From contig CAZNOX010000001.1 of NCBI GenBank assembly GCA_964574875.1, positions 149,335-213,334 on the forward strand: DNA of 64,000 bases. The letters are read 5' to 3'. Positions 45,394 to 54,635 of this stretch are shown piece after piece. The translations under genes were made by a program, and so were the position numbers. This DNA comes from an uncultured bacterium (lineage in GTDB: Bacteria > Macinerneyibacteriota > Macinerneyibacteria > Macinerneyibacteriales > DSCS01). Below the pieces are notes generated by a model. That model had not been told where the DNA came from. It did not search any database and saw only the letters and a list, made by a program, of their open reading frames with translations. Within the stretch, counting starts at the first letter, position 1. Each line of letters begins with the position of its first letter.

Positions 45394-48300
45394 CTACTCG
45401 TTCTGGACAGTATGAAAGGATGCCAGGAAAACCTTTTCGCTGATCATATTTCCAAGCATAGTGAAAAAACGGGTATCTTTTTGGATCGAATAGCGGTCCG
45501 ACTCTATTTCAAGGTAGACAGAGACGCTATAATGCTCATGGATCACATAGGTGTTCACTTTTGACCCTGCAATACCGCTGTCAGAATCCGTTTCTCTCGT
45601 TTCGACGCCCTGAGCCGATGCTTTTTTTTCATAGACATGGAAATGGCCGTTTCCTCCAAGAACGATGGCCAGCCGCGTAGCCTGAAAGAGGGAGACAAGG
45701 ATATCATAGATATCCGAGATGATCACGGCAACCGGCTTGAGGGGGTCGATCTTTTCCTGTAGAGCCAGCAGGGCGTCCAGTTTTTCTTTTTCACGGACAG
45801 GGTCATCAATGGCTTTTTTGCTCTTGTGCTTTTCTCCGGCCATGTGATCCGGCATAGTCTCAAAGGCGATGGTGACGTTGCGCCCGCTTGATTTGGCATA
45901 AAAGAGAGCTTCGTCAGCCTGTCCCAGAAGAGTATCCAGGAGTTCTGCATCACGCGGATAGAGGGCATACCCGATACTCACAGTCAGGTTGAATTTTTTA
46001 TTCAGGGCTGAGTTTTGAATATCAGCCCGGACCCGGTCAATGATCCCTGATGAGGTCGATTGCGGGGGGACCATCATGGCCAGGACGATCTCCTCACCTC
46101 CGTATCGGCCCACAATATCCGTAGCCCGTACAGTCTCTTTGATCATGGCACTCACATCTTTCAAAACAGCATCTCCGCGCGCATGTCCGTACCGGTCATT
46201 GATATTTTTGAAATGATCGATATCAAGGATAGCGATGATGACCTTCTGGTCATTGTTCAAAGCATAATCCATAAGATTCTTCGTCAGATTAAGCCAATGC
46301 TCCCGTTTATAGAGGCCCGTAAGTTTGTCCATGAGAGCTGTCTGCTTCAGGTAATCATAATATCCGGCAGCATTGATATAATCCCTCAAAGGCCCCAGGC
46401 CTTCTGTGACACTCTTGTCAGGGACCAGAAGCATCCTGTCACTGTCCAGATAGAGACAGCCGCGTAAGGCAAAATAGTGAAAGCTGGACTGACGCTTCTC
46501 ATCACCCCGGAACTTGTTATGTCCCAGCTTTTCAATATCAAGGACCGGGATCACCATAACAGCGCTCACTGAGGGGCCTCTTGTTTCGGATTCTTGCCTG
46601 AACGCGATCTCCCGGTGAGAACTTTCGAAGAGGACATCACTGATGGCTTCTTTATTCACAGGAAGGGGCGGATGATACCCTGTTCCCAGGTCCAGAAGGA
46701 CTTTCTGCTGCCATCCCTCATACATGTCATACTCAAAATAGGCCGCACGTGTCAAGCCTGTGATCCTGAGCAGGTCTTTGAGAATAGACCGGTAAAGAGC
46801 CTCACCTTCTCCCATGGAAGACAACCTGTAGTTCTTCAAGGCCCTGCTCTTCTCCCGGCGCATGTACCGCTGAGCTGTGCTGCTGTGATTGCGGCGGAAA
46901 TCATCCAGGGAGAATCCTTCGATCTCATATCCAAGTCCCTGAAGAAGATCGTGGTGAAACCGCCACTCCAGGTTGTTTATCATAAACGATTCCCTGTACT
47001 CATACGGAATATGGTTCAGCCAGCGGTTCATAATAGAGAGAAGCTGGGCGCAATATTCCAGGTGCAGGGGAGACTTCCGATCCTCTTTCATGATCAGGGC
47101 ATGGAGGATAAACATGGAACGGGAATATCCCGTAAACTCCCCGAGAACCTCGTTCGCGAACTCTTCACTTTCTCCACTGAGAAAACGGATGACATCCATG
47201 ACCTGGCGGTCACCCGGCTCCAGTGTCTCCAGTGAAGAGCTGCTGATCCTTTTGACATAATCTGCTGCATCCCGTAGATTTCCCGAACAGAGGGACTGAA
47301 GAGCAGCGGTGAGGAGGATGAGGCTGTAATAGGATCTGTCCTCCTCCGAGGAAAAACGGGAAAAGAGATCTTCAATAAAACCATCCATGGCCTCTTTCCC
47401 CTCTTTTTGAAAAAGAAGAGAGGCCTTGACATTGAAATATTCATAACTCACTTTCAGAGCATCCCGTTCCTCATAGAAGTGAGCGGCTTCTGTTAAATGG
47501 ATGTCTGCCTTTCGGAAATCCCCCAGTTCCATGAGCATGTCCGCATAGAGAAGATGCAGTTTGGAGTTTTCCCTCACTGTGGGTGCTTCTGCAAGATAGA
47601 GTTCGATTTTTTTAAACGTGGCCAGGGCCTGTTTATACTGATGAAGAAGCTTAAAGACCAAAGAAAGATTGATGGAGTTGGTGACCATGGAAAAATAGAT
47701 CCTGGCTTGTTCGGCCGCTTTCACAGCACTGGTCCATGACGCGGTGCAAGCTTCATAATCGCCTGAATAGTAATGGATGACTCCGATATTGGTAGCGACG
47801 ATCGCTTCATAGCGATAGTTCTCGAGGAGCCTGGCGATTTCAAGGGCTTTCTTATAATGGTCCAGGGCCTCGGAGAGACGCCCTTGCCGGCGGAGGACGA
47901 TCGCCAGATTATTATGGCTGCTGAAATGGGCATCCAGGCCTGTACTCTCTTTCTTTTTCTCCACGGTCTCAAGCATGGCCTGTGCAGCCTCCTGCATTTT
48001 TTCAAGATTCATCTTATCCATATAACAGGAAAACATCTCATTCATGATCATGACCCGGTTTTCATCATCCAGAGAGTCGATAAGAGGCCTGTACTCCTCC
48101 ATGAGTTTTTCCATCTCTTCGTACAATCCCAGAAACTTGAGTTTCAGGAGGACATGCCGGAGAATGAGGGGCCAGGTCTCCGCTTCACTTTTCTCCTCTT
48201 TCAGGAGAGAAAGCATCTCTTTGACGTCGTCCAGAGTCGTCTTGTCATCCAGAGTGAGTCTCATCGCCTTGACGATGTGGCGCTCTTTCTCTGTCGAGGC

Positions 48301-50121
48301 GTTCTTCTCAAGCTTCTCCAGTAAAAGAGTGTTCTCATAGAAATGATTGTAATCCAGCTTCAACAGGTGAAAGTAGAGGTCAAAACACTTTCCCTCTTCC
48401 AGGGCGCTGCTGTTTTTATCAAACATACGGAAGAGCCTGAAAAAGAGAGGCCTGTCCAGGGAGCGTTCCCGCTCAGTCAAGCCTTTGTAAAAATCCATGA
48501 CCTTCACATAGGCATCGTGTCCCAGGCCCACAGTCAATGAGTAGAAGACATAACTTTCCAGAAATTCCTTCTCCTGGAAAGCAAGTTTTTCCAATTCACG
48601 GACAAAAGTCCGGCTCTCCGGCATCTCCCCCCGGTTTTTCAACAGCGTCGAGGGAATACGGTTGATACGCAGAATGAAAAAGAGCCTGTCCCTGTAGACC
48701 GCTTTTTCGTCGAGCAGATAGGCGAGAGCCTCTTTCTCCTCTTGGGACAGGAAGTGATAAAAGGATAGGGGCGCTTTCCCTCCCATGGCTCGGATCAGCG
48801 CCAGGACCTCTTGAGCTGCTTTTCGGATGGAGACCGGGATCTCTCTCACCGAAAGGGAAAAATCGAAACAGTCCTTTCTCTCCTTCAAAAAAACAGCAGC
48901 ATTTCTGAAATCGAGGCAATCCCGGGCAGCCATGTGGCGGATCAGCCCGCAGAGAAGGGAGGGTTCGCCTTCTGACTGACTCCACAACCGGTGTGCGGGT
49001 TCTTCACTTTTGTCAAGAAACGGAAGATAGTATTCAAGGACATGGACGACTTCCTCATCTGTGAGTAACGGAAAAGAGACGCTTTCAAAACCCTCAACGG
49101 GTTCCCTGTTCCAGGCAAAAAAGCGAACACGATTGTGATCGAAATGACGGGAGAGTCTTTGTAAAAGACGGAGATCATCTCCGCTCAACCGGTCCGCTGC
49201 TCCAAGGCCGATGGCCAGAGGCCCGTATCCTGCGGCATCTTCAAGAGAATCCAGGAGCTCCTCATCCCCATCCCCCTCATGGAAAAGGGCTGTGAGACGT
49301 TGAGAAAGGGTTCCCTCCCCCTCTACCCGGTAGAGTTCATACCCCTCTGTCTGGATAAGCGACATGATCCCATCATACCAGATCCGCGCATTATGGGAAT
49401 CACGGTAATCATAGATCACATTCACCGGATGAGATAATAAAGCTCCGTCCTGATGCCTGTTCTGCAAGAACCGCTCAGCAGGAAACGGCGTAGTCCGGAT
49501 ATGTTCCAGAGTAACCGCCTTGACATAATCATCCGAGATGAGGGAGAGAAACCCGGGAAGGGAGAAGAGTCTCTCCTCGTCTTCACTGTGGAAAGGAAAC
49601 CCCAGAGACCTCATGATCTCCACGACAGCATTCCTGTCGTTCTTTTGTCCCAGGTCACTGTTCACGTAGAGAGGGCTCATGTCAAAAAAGAGGGGAAGCC
49701 CCTGGCTGTCAGCCAGGATATTGCTCTCCCTGAGATCTCCGTGATACGCCCTGTTCCTGTGCAGAAATCCCAGGAACGTGTAGAGTGCATTGACGAGAAC
49801 CCCGGCCTTGTCCTTCCGGGCCCGGTAAAGCTCCGGATACTTCTCAGCCACATAAAAACACCGGGAAGAATCCGTAAAACGGCCGTCTATGGTCCTCAGT
49901 GTGTGAAATGACTCCAGAGGGCGAAGCAGAGGGTGCCGGTTCATCAGCCCTGCGAGAAACTCTTTTCTGAGGAGATCGGTCTGAAAACGCTCTTCCGAAA
50001 CCGTGATCTTCAAGATCTTTTCCTTCCGGGGTGCAAGACGGTCGGTGATCTCATAGACGATGAAATTGCTGTTTTCGTTCAGAAGGCTCACGATCTCGAA
50101 ACGGCCGTTGATGGTTCTCAT
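45394..50121 (-). CDS. Giant multidomain signalling protein, paralog: ePK-like kinase + TPR + GAF-like + GGDEF (variant GGEEI)
   Basis: About 60% identical to the 38697-43493 product over the first 60 aa, by eye, and alignable throughout. HGDLRESNIL and FFDMS are present. RATD I-site plus RYGGEEI, encoded at 46087-46101. Confidence 0.8.
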   Translation of the reverse strand: MRTINGRFEIVSLLNENSNFIVYEITDRLAPRKEKILKITVSEERFQTDLLRKEFLAGLMNRHPLLRPLESFHTLRTIDGRFTDSSRCFYVAEKYPELYRARKDKAGVLVNALYTFLGFLHRNRAYHGDLRESNILADSQGLPLFFDMSPLYVNSDLGQKNDRNAVVEIMRSLGFPFHSEDEERLFSLPGFLSLISDDYVKAVTLEHIRTTPFPAERFLQNRHQDGALLSHPVNVIYDYRDSHNARIWYDGIMSLIQTEGYELYRVEGEGTLSQRLTALFHEGDGDEELLDSLEDAAGYGPLAIGLGAADRLSGDDLRLLQRLSRHFDHNRVRFFAWNREPVEGFESVSFPLLTDEEVVHVLEYYLPFLDKSEEPAHRLWSQSEGEPSLLCGLIRHMAARDCLDFRNAAVFLKERKDCFDFSLSVREIPVSIRKAAQEVLALIRAMGGKAPLSFYHFLSQEEKEALAYLLDEKAVYRDRLFFILRINRIPSTLLKNRGEMPESRTFVRELEKLAFQEKEFLESYVFYSLTVGLGHDAYVKVMDFYKGLTERERSLDRPLFFRLFRMFDKNSSALEEGKCFDLYFHLLKLDYNHFYENTLLLEKLEKNASTEKERHIVKAMRLTLDDKTTLDDVKEMLSLLKEEKSEAETWPLILRHVLLKLKFLGLYEEMEKLMEEYRPLIDSLDDENRVMIMNEMFSCYMDKMNLEKMQEAAQAMLETVEKKKESTGLDAHFSSHNNLAIVLRRQGRLSEALDHYKKALEIARLLENYRYEAIVATNIGVIHYYSGDYEACTASWTSAVKAAEQARIYFSMVTNSINLSLVFKLLHQYKQALATFKKIELYLAEAPTVRENSKLHLLYADMLMELGDFRKADIHLTEAAHFYEERDALKVSYEYFNVKASLLFQKEGKEAMDGFIEDLFSRFSSEEDRSYYSLILLTAALQSLCSGNLRDAADYVKRISSSSLETLEPGDRQVMDVIRFLSGESEEFANEVLGEFTGYSRSMFILHALIMKEDRKSPLHLEYCAQLLSIMNRWLNHIPYEYRESFMINNLEWRFHHDLLQGLGYEIEGFSLDDFRRNHSSTAQRYMRREKSRALKNYRLSSMGEGEALYRSILKDLLRITGLTRAAYFEYDMYEGWQQKVLLDLGTGYHPPLPVNKEAISDVLFESSHREIAFRQESETRGPSVSAVMVIPVLDIEKLGHNKFRGDEKRQSSFHYFALRGCLYLDSDRMLLVPDKSVTEGLGPLRDYINAAGYYDYLKQTALMDKLTGLYKREHWLNLTKNLMDYALNNDQKVIIAILDIDHFKNINDRYGHARGDAVLKDVSAMIKETVRATDIVGRYGGEEIVLAMMVPPQSTSSGIIDRVRADIQNSALNKKFNLTVSIGYALYPRDAELLDTLLGQADEALFYAKSSGRNVTIAFETMPDHMAGEKHKSKKAIDDPVREKEKLDALLALQEKIDPLKPVAVIISDIYDILVSLFQATRLAIVLGGNGHFHVYEKKASAQGVETRETDSDSGIAGSKVNTYVIHEHYSVSVYLEIESDRYSIQKDTRFFTMLGNMISEKVFLASFHTVQNE

Positions 50122-50195
50122 TTTTCTATTTTATCATCTTCCCTCATATATTCAATCTCTTTTCCCCGGCTTCCGTTCTTTTTCCCAATCACCTC

Positions 50196-50224
50196 TTGCT
50201 TATCTCCAGTCTCCCTGATATAAT
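50196..50224 (+). promoter_or_regulatory. Sigma70-like promoter TTGCTT-N17-TATAAT. The -10 ends 7 nt before the ATG at 50232, which suggests a leaderless transcript.
   Basis: Read from the sequence. No SD upstream of the ATG. Confidence 0.4.
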
Positions 50225-50231
50225 TTCATTA

Positions 50232-51002
50232 ATGAAACGAGACGCATCTTTGTATCATTGCCCTGAATGCAGTGAGTTTGTCACAATGTCCCAATCCTCC
50301 TGTCCTGCCTGCGGGACACGCCTCTCCCCTTCCAGGCTCAGGACTTTGCCACACGATGAGGGAGTGAGGGCCAGACACAGGCGTTCTCTTGGCCTTCCCC
50401 TTATGCTCTTTTTCCTTGTCCTGATCGCTTTGCTATTTTTTCTCAGCCCTCTCAACAGGACACTTCGCCCCCTGCTACCGGGACACCCGCGTATGCGTGA
50501 GACGCCCGGGACTTTTGAATGGGACGGGGAATACCTCACATCACGCTCCGGTAATTTTTTTATCCGGCTTCCCTCTCCGCCCTCCTTTGAAATATCACAG
50601 CTGCACACCGAGACGGGCGTTTTCGACGAGTACATCTTCACAGCTCAGGATAAAGAAAATCAGTGCCGTGTCCTCTTTACCTTTCTTGATGACAAGACCT
50701 GCGGAACTCTTGATTTCACCCGTCCCGCAGAAGCCCTTGACAATCTCCGTAAGATGAAGATCATCGACGGAAATCCCCTCGGGGCGTCCCCCCTTCTCTT
50801 TTATGATCTTTGGCCCGGAGTCGAATTTCAACTGGAGATCATTCCCCGACAGGGGACATCGCTTCGGGGTTCAGGCCGGGCCTTCCTGAAAGGGAAGACA
50901 CTCTATGTCATGGAGACCGTCAGGCCATGGGCCCAGGGCCTTCCTGAAGGCGAAGACTCAAACCCGTGGATCGATTCTTTCGGCCTGATCACAACAGATT
51001 AA
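50232..51002 (+). CDS. Zinc-ribbon + single-TM protein with a C-terminal extracytoplasmic domain
   Basis: CPECSEF...CPACGTRL zinc ribbon, then a TM helix LMLFFLVLIALLFFL, then a ~180-aa domain. Confidence 0.5.
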   Translation: MKRDASLYHCPECSEFVTMSQSSCPACGTRLSPSRLRTLPHDEGVRARHRRSLGLPLMLFFLVLIALLFFLSPLNRTLRPLLPGHPRMRETPGTFEWDGEYLTSRSGNFFIRLPSPPSFEISQLHTETGVFDEYIFTAQDKENQCRVLFTFLDDKTCGTLDFTRPAEALDNLRKMKIIDGNPLGASPLLFYDLWPGVEFQLEIIPRQGTSLRGSGRAFLKGKTLYVMETVRPWAQGLPEGEDSNPWIDSFGLITTD

Positions 51003-51095
51003 GGGAGGGAACTCTCAAACAAGGAGAGGCAGCAGAGGGCTTCTTTCGGAGCGGCTCTCATCGTCTTCCGGTTCTCATGAAAACAGTCGTCAAAG

Positions 51096-53585
51096 TCACC
51101 TTTTGTGATCCATTTTCTGAAGCATCTGTGACAGGTCTGCAACGGAAAAGGGCTTCTGTAAGAATCCCAGGGCCCCTTCCCTGATCATCTTCCGGATCCT
51201 CTTATCGCCGGTAAACCCCGAAAGCAGGATGACAGAGACCGTGCTGTCGATCTTTTTCAACTCACGGAAGACCTCGTAACCGTCCATCCCGGGCATGGAG
51301 AGGTCGAGCAGGACCCCCTTGAACTCCGCGCCCTTTTCACGGTAGAGGGCAAGGCCCTCGGGCCCTCCGTCTGCACAGCGGGCCTCGTATCCGCACAACT
51401 GAAGCATCTCGCTGGTGAGGTCTCTCACCATGGTCTCATCATCGATGATGAGGATCTCTCCTTCTCCCCGGATGATCTCACCGGTCTCGTTTTTGCGTTC
51501 TGTCATCTCTTCATCTCCACAGTATGCGGGAAGAGTCATGGTAAAAAGAGTCCCTTCCCCTTCAGTGGAATCTACGGTAACCGTCCCGTGATGTCCTGCA
51601 ACCGCATTGGAGACCATGATAAGCCCCAGGCCGCTTCCGGCGCTCTTCTTTTTCGTGGTGAAAAATGGATCGAAGATCTGTTTTCGCACCCGTTCACTCA
51701 TCCCCACTCCGGTATCCCGGACAGTGATGACCCATGACGGTTGTCCGTCTGTTGAGGGCCGGAGCGTGACAGAAAGTGTCCCCCCCATTTTACTGTGGGG
51801 GGGGCGCATGATGGTCATAGCATGTTCGGCATTGACACAGAGGTTCAGAAGCATGTGTTCGATCTGATAGTAATCCCCCTTGATGAGAGCCTTTTCATCG
51901 GAAAAATGAAAATCAAGGACCACCGATTTATCCAGTGTATTCTTGCAGATCTCATAGATCTCTTCAAGAGCTTCATTCAGGTCGAAGACACTCTTCTCCC
52001 CGCTGTTCATCTTTGAAAGGCTGAGGAGTCTGTCGATCACCGAAGAGGCGCGCCGTGAGGCCTTGGAGAGGTTGCCGAAATAGCGCAGAAGTTTTTCTTT
52101 GTCGGGTTCGTCAGTCCTGTTGAGATAGTATTCAGCCAGAGAGACAGTCCCTTCGATCCCTCCGAGGACATTGTTGAAATCATGAGCCAGGCCCCCTGCC
52201 AGCGTCCCCACCACTTCCATCTTCTGAGCCTGGACAAGCTGCCGGGTCATGATGTGTGATTCTGTGACATCATCCACACGGACGACTCCTTCCCGGCTGT
52301 TTTCAGCAAAGGGAAAGTAAGTCACGTTGAAGTAATAATCAGACTCCCCTGATTCATAGGGAAGGCCCATAACCGTCTTTTCCCTCCCCGCCTCCACGGC
52401 ACTCCTGATCTCAGACTCCACCGAAGAAAAAAGAGGGGAAATCTCTTCGAGAGACAATCTCCGGCCTGTGTGGCCCTGTCTGAAAAAGACACGTTCAGCG
52501 GCCTTGTTCCACCCGGTCACATTCAGGTCCCTGTCAATGGTGATCAGGACAGAGGGAGAGGAGTCGATGATCCCCTGAAAGTAGTTGCGGGATTCGGTGA
52601 GGGCCTTTTCCATCCTCCGTATCTCTTCCATCTCTCTTCTGGCCCGTGTATTTTTCAGGCTGATGATGATAAAACCGGAGACCAGGGCGATGAGGATGAC
52701 GACTGTGAGAAAGAGACGCCACCGGTATCCCATAAGGACTTCGACCTCGCTGCTGTCGGGTGTCGAGACAGCCACTGACCAGAAGGTATCCCCCACACGG
52801 ATGGGATAAAAAGAGGCGTGCATGGTGATCTTTTTGTCTCTCTCCTGCGGTTTGAGAAGATACGTCCCCTTTCCCTTCTCTCCTTTGAGCATGGATGTGA
52901 TCAGGCGTGTGAATCCGGGAGAATCCTCATAGAGCGGCATGATCTCTTTTCCGATCAATTCCTTTGCAGGATGATAGATGACATACCCCCCCTCTGAGAT
53001 GACCCAGGGATACCCTTCGCCGGACTCCCCGATGGGTTCAAAGAAACGGCGCGCAATAGACTCAAAGGGGATCAGGACGGTGAGACACCCTGTGAACTCT
53101 TCTCCATGAAAAACGGGATAGGCGTACGCTACAGCCTGATACCCCTGAACGGTCTCAAAGACATCACTGATCACAGGTTTTTTGTCCCTTAATATCCGTT
53201 TATTGTGGGGCTGTCCGCTCACATCGGTTCCAAGGATGTCCTTTCGGACGGGGAAAGTCCCGGTGATATGCCCGGCAGCATCGATCCGTGTCACAGCGAA
53301 AATGTGCCCTTCATTGGCCCGGTAGTAACGTTCAAGGAGCATCCCCATATCAGGAGTGTTGAAGATCACCCGGCGATGAGCTGATAAAAAAACAAGGTCT
53401 TTCTCATAGTGGCTGAAATACTCCCGGAGAGCCACTGAAGTCTGCTCCACGATGAGCCGCCGCTGGCGTTCATGATGTGTGACGATCTCTTGTGTGATCT
53501 TATTGTAATTGATCAGAAGAAAGATGAGTCCGAAACAGGTGAGACACCCTCCGATTATGATCGACCTTGAAATTTTCCTTCCCAT
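51096..53585 (-). CDS. Hybrid sensor histidine kinase (Cache-like-HAMP-PAS-HisKA-HATPase-REC), paralog of the 9793-12417 product
   Basis: The same architecture. H-box LAHDFNNVLGGI. Receiver ILIIDDE...DLSMPGMDG. Confidence 0.85.
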   Translation of the reverse strand: MGRKISRSIIIGGCLTCFGLIFLLINYNKITQEIVTHHERQRRLIVEQTSVALREYFSHYEKDLVFLSAHRRVIFNTPDMGMLLERYYRANEGHIFAVTRIDAAGHITGTFPVRKDILGTDVSGQPHNKRILRDKKPVISDVFETVQGYQAVAYAYPVFHGEEFTGCLTVLIPFESIARRFFEPIGESGEGYPWVISEGGYVIYHPAKELIGKEIMPLYEDSPGFTRLITSMLKGEKGKGTYLLKPQERDKKITMHASFYPIRVGDTFWSVAVSTPDSSEVEVLMGYRWRLFLTVVILIALVSGFIIISLKNTRARREMEEIRRMEKALTESRNYFQGIIDSSPSVLITIDRDLNVTGWNKAAERVFFRQGHTGRRLSLEEISPLFSSVESEIRSAVEAGREKTVMGLPYESGESDYYFNVTYFPFAENSREGVVRVDDVTESHIMTRQLVQAQKMEVVGTLAGGLAHDFNNVLGGIEGTVSLAEYYLNRTDEPDKEKLLRYFGNLSKASRRASSVIDRLLSLSKMNSGEKSVFDLNEALEEIYEICKNTLDKSVVLDFHFSDEKALIKGDYYQIEHMLLNLCVNAEHAMTIMRPPHSKMGGTLSVTLRPSTDGQPSWVITVRDTGVGMSERVRKQIFDPFFTTKKKSAGSGLGLIMVSNAVAGHHGTVTVDSTEGEGTLFTMTLPAYCGDEEMTERKNETGEIIRGEGEILIIDDETMVRDLTSEMLQLCGYEARCADGGPEGLALYREKGAEFKGVLLDLSMPGMDGYEVFRELKKIDSTVSVILLSGFTGDKRIRKMIREGALGFLQKPFSVADLSQMLQKMDHKR

Positions 53586-53830
53586 TGATATACCCTAACG
53601 TTAAGTATGACCTGAGGTGAGGCGCTTGTCAATAAGCATCACGTTTTTGAATCTTTTTAAAGAGCTTCTCCGCCGCATGGCCTGTGCACTGGTATTGTCC
53701 GAAGCTCCTCCCTGTCTCCCAACACCACAATCACGCTTGTAGGAAGAAGGTGGTCAGCCCCGGCTCGGAGCCGCTGCCGGGGCTGTGGGATGTGGAGGAT
53801 ACGGTGGAAAGGAAAGGCGGCTCCGATATC

Positions 53831-54304
53831 TCAGGCCGAAAGAGAAGCGGGACTCCCCGCGTTCACATTGACGGCCAATAACGGTGTTTCAAAAAGATGT
53901 TTCGCAAAGGAGATGTTCAGGGCTTCGTGCCGGCCTGCCAGGGCGACCTCGCGGTATCCGGCCACAGTCTCAGCAAAGAGAAAGACATTATCAAGCCTGA
54001 ATGTACGCCCGAGAACACGCAGGTCGGCATAATCACTCTTTAACAGGGGGAGAAACCGTCTGACATAATCGGTCACCCGGGAATCCTTTTCGAGATGAAG
54101 CATGATCATCAAATAAGCTTCACGACCCGGCTCTTCTCCTGCAGAGATCCACTTCCGGGTCCGAAGCTGATCACGGTAAAACCACATGGGGCACGGATCG
54201 ACCTTGTAAAAAAGAGGTGAGTCTCCCCATTCGCCGGTCAGGGCAAAATCCCAGGGGCCTGTTTGATTCATGAGCAGTCTTGTGTCCGGAAGAGCTCCTT
54301 TCAT
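53831..54304 (-). CDS. Hypothetical 157-aa protein
   Basis: The ATG overlaps the stop of the upstream small ORF (ATGA). Confidence 0.45.
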   Translation of the reverse strand: MKGALPDTRLLMNQTGPWDFALTGEWGDSPLFYKVDPCPMWFYRDQLRTRKWISAGEEPGREAYLMIMLHLEKDSRVTDYVRRFLPLLKSDYADLRVLGRTFRLDNVFLFAETVAGYREVALAGRHEALNISFAKHLFETPLLAVNVNAGSPASLSA

Positions 54305-54438
54305 ACGGGGCTCCGTTTCTCCCTTGAAAAAGAGGGGCGATGAGCCAGGCTATGGCGGATCATGGAGACGACTTCCCGTGTGATGAGTCCCCAGAGAAGA
54401 GCGGCTGTCCCCAGCAGAAGAAAAGCTAAAAGCATCAT
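54301..54438 (-). CDS. Predicted 45-aa single-TM small protein (not in the ORF track)
   Basis: AAGGAG, then 5 nt, then ATGATG. Sequence MMLLAFLLLGTAALLWGLITREVVSMIRHSLAHRPSFSREKRSPV. The stop overlaps the next gene's start. Confidence 0.4.
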   Translation of the reverse strand: MMLLAFLLLGTAALLWGLITREVVSMIRHSLAHRPSFSREKRSPV

Positions 54439-54635
54439 GATATCTCCTTTCTGTCCTCATCATACGTCCCTTCTGAGTTTCTGTATAGAGAGCAGTTTTC
54501 TTTCGTATATGTTCCCTTATAAGCATATATCTGGTTAATTTATTGAGACTTATGAGTTTTTATGGTTTTTAGAGGTTCCCACTTTATGAACTGATGAATC
54601 CGGGCGGAGACGATTCCTCCGCCCGTAAGAAGGCC

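Noticed and set aside
38697-50121. Possibility that the giant proteins are STAND/AAA+ NTPases
   Set aside because: No Walker A (GxxxxGK[ST]) motif was found in either paralog between the kinase-like and TPR regions.
53757-53787. 9-bp-stem hairpin CAGCCCCGG-N13-CCGGGGCTG between the kinase and the 157-aa gene
   Set aside because: No U-tract, and its position relative to the gene ends is ambiguous. Left uncalled.
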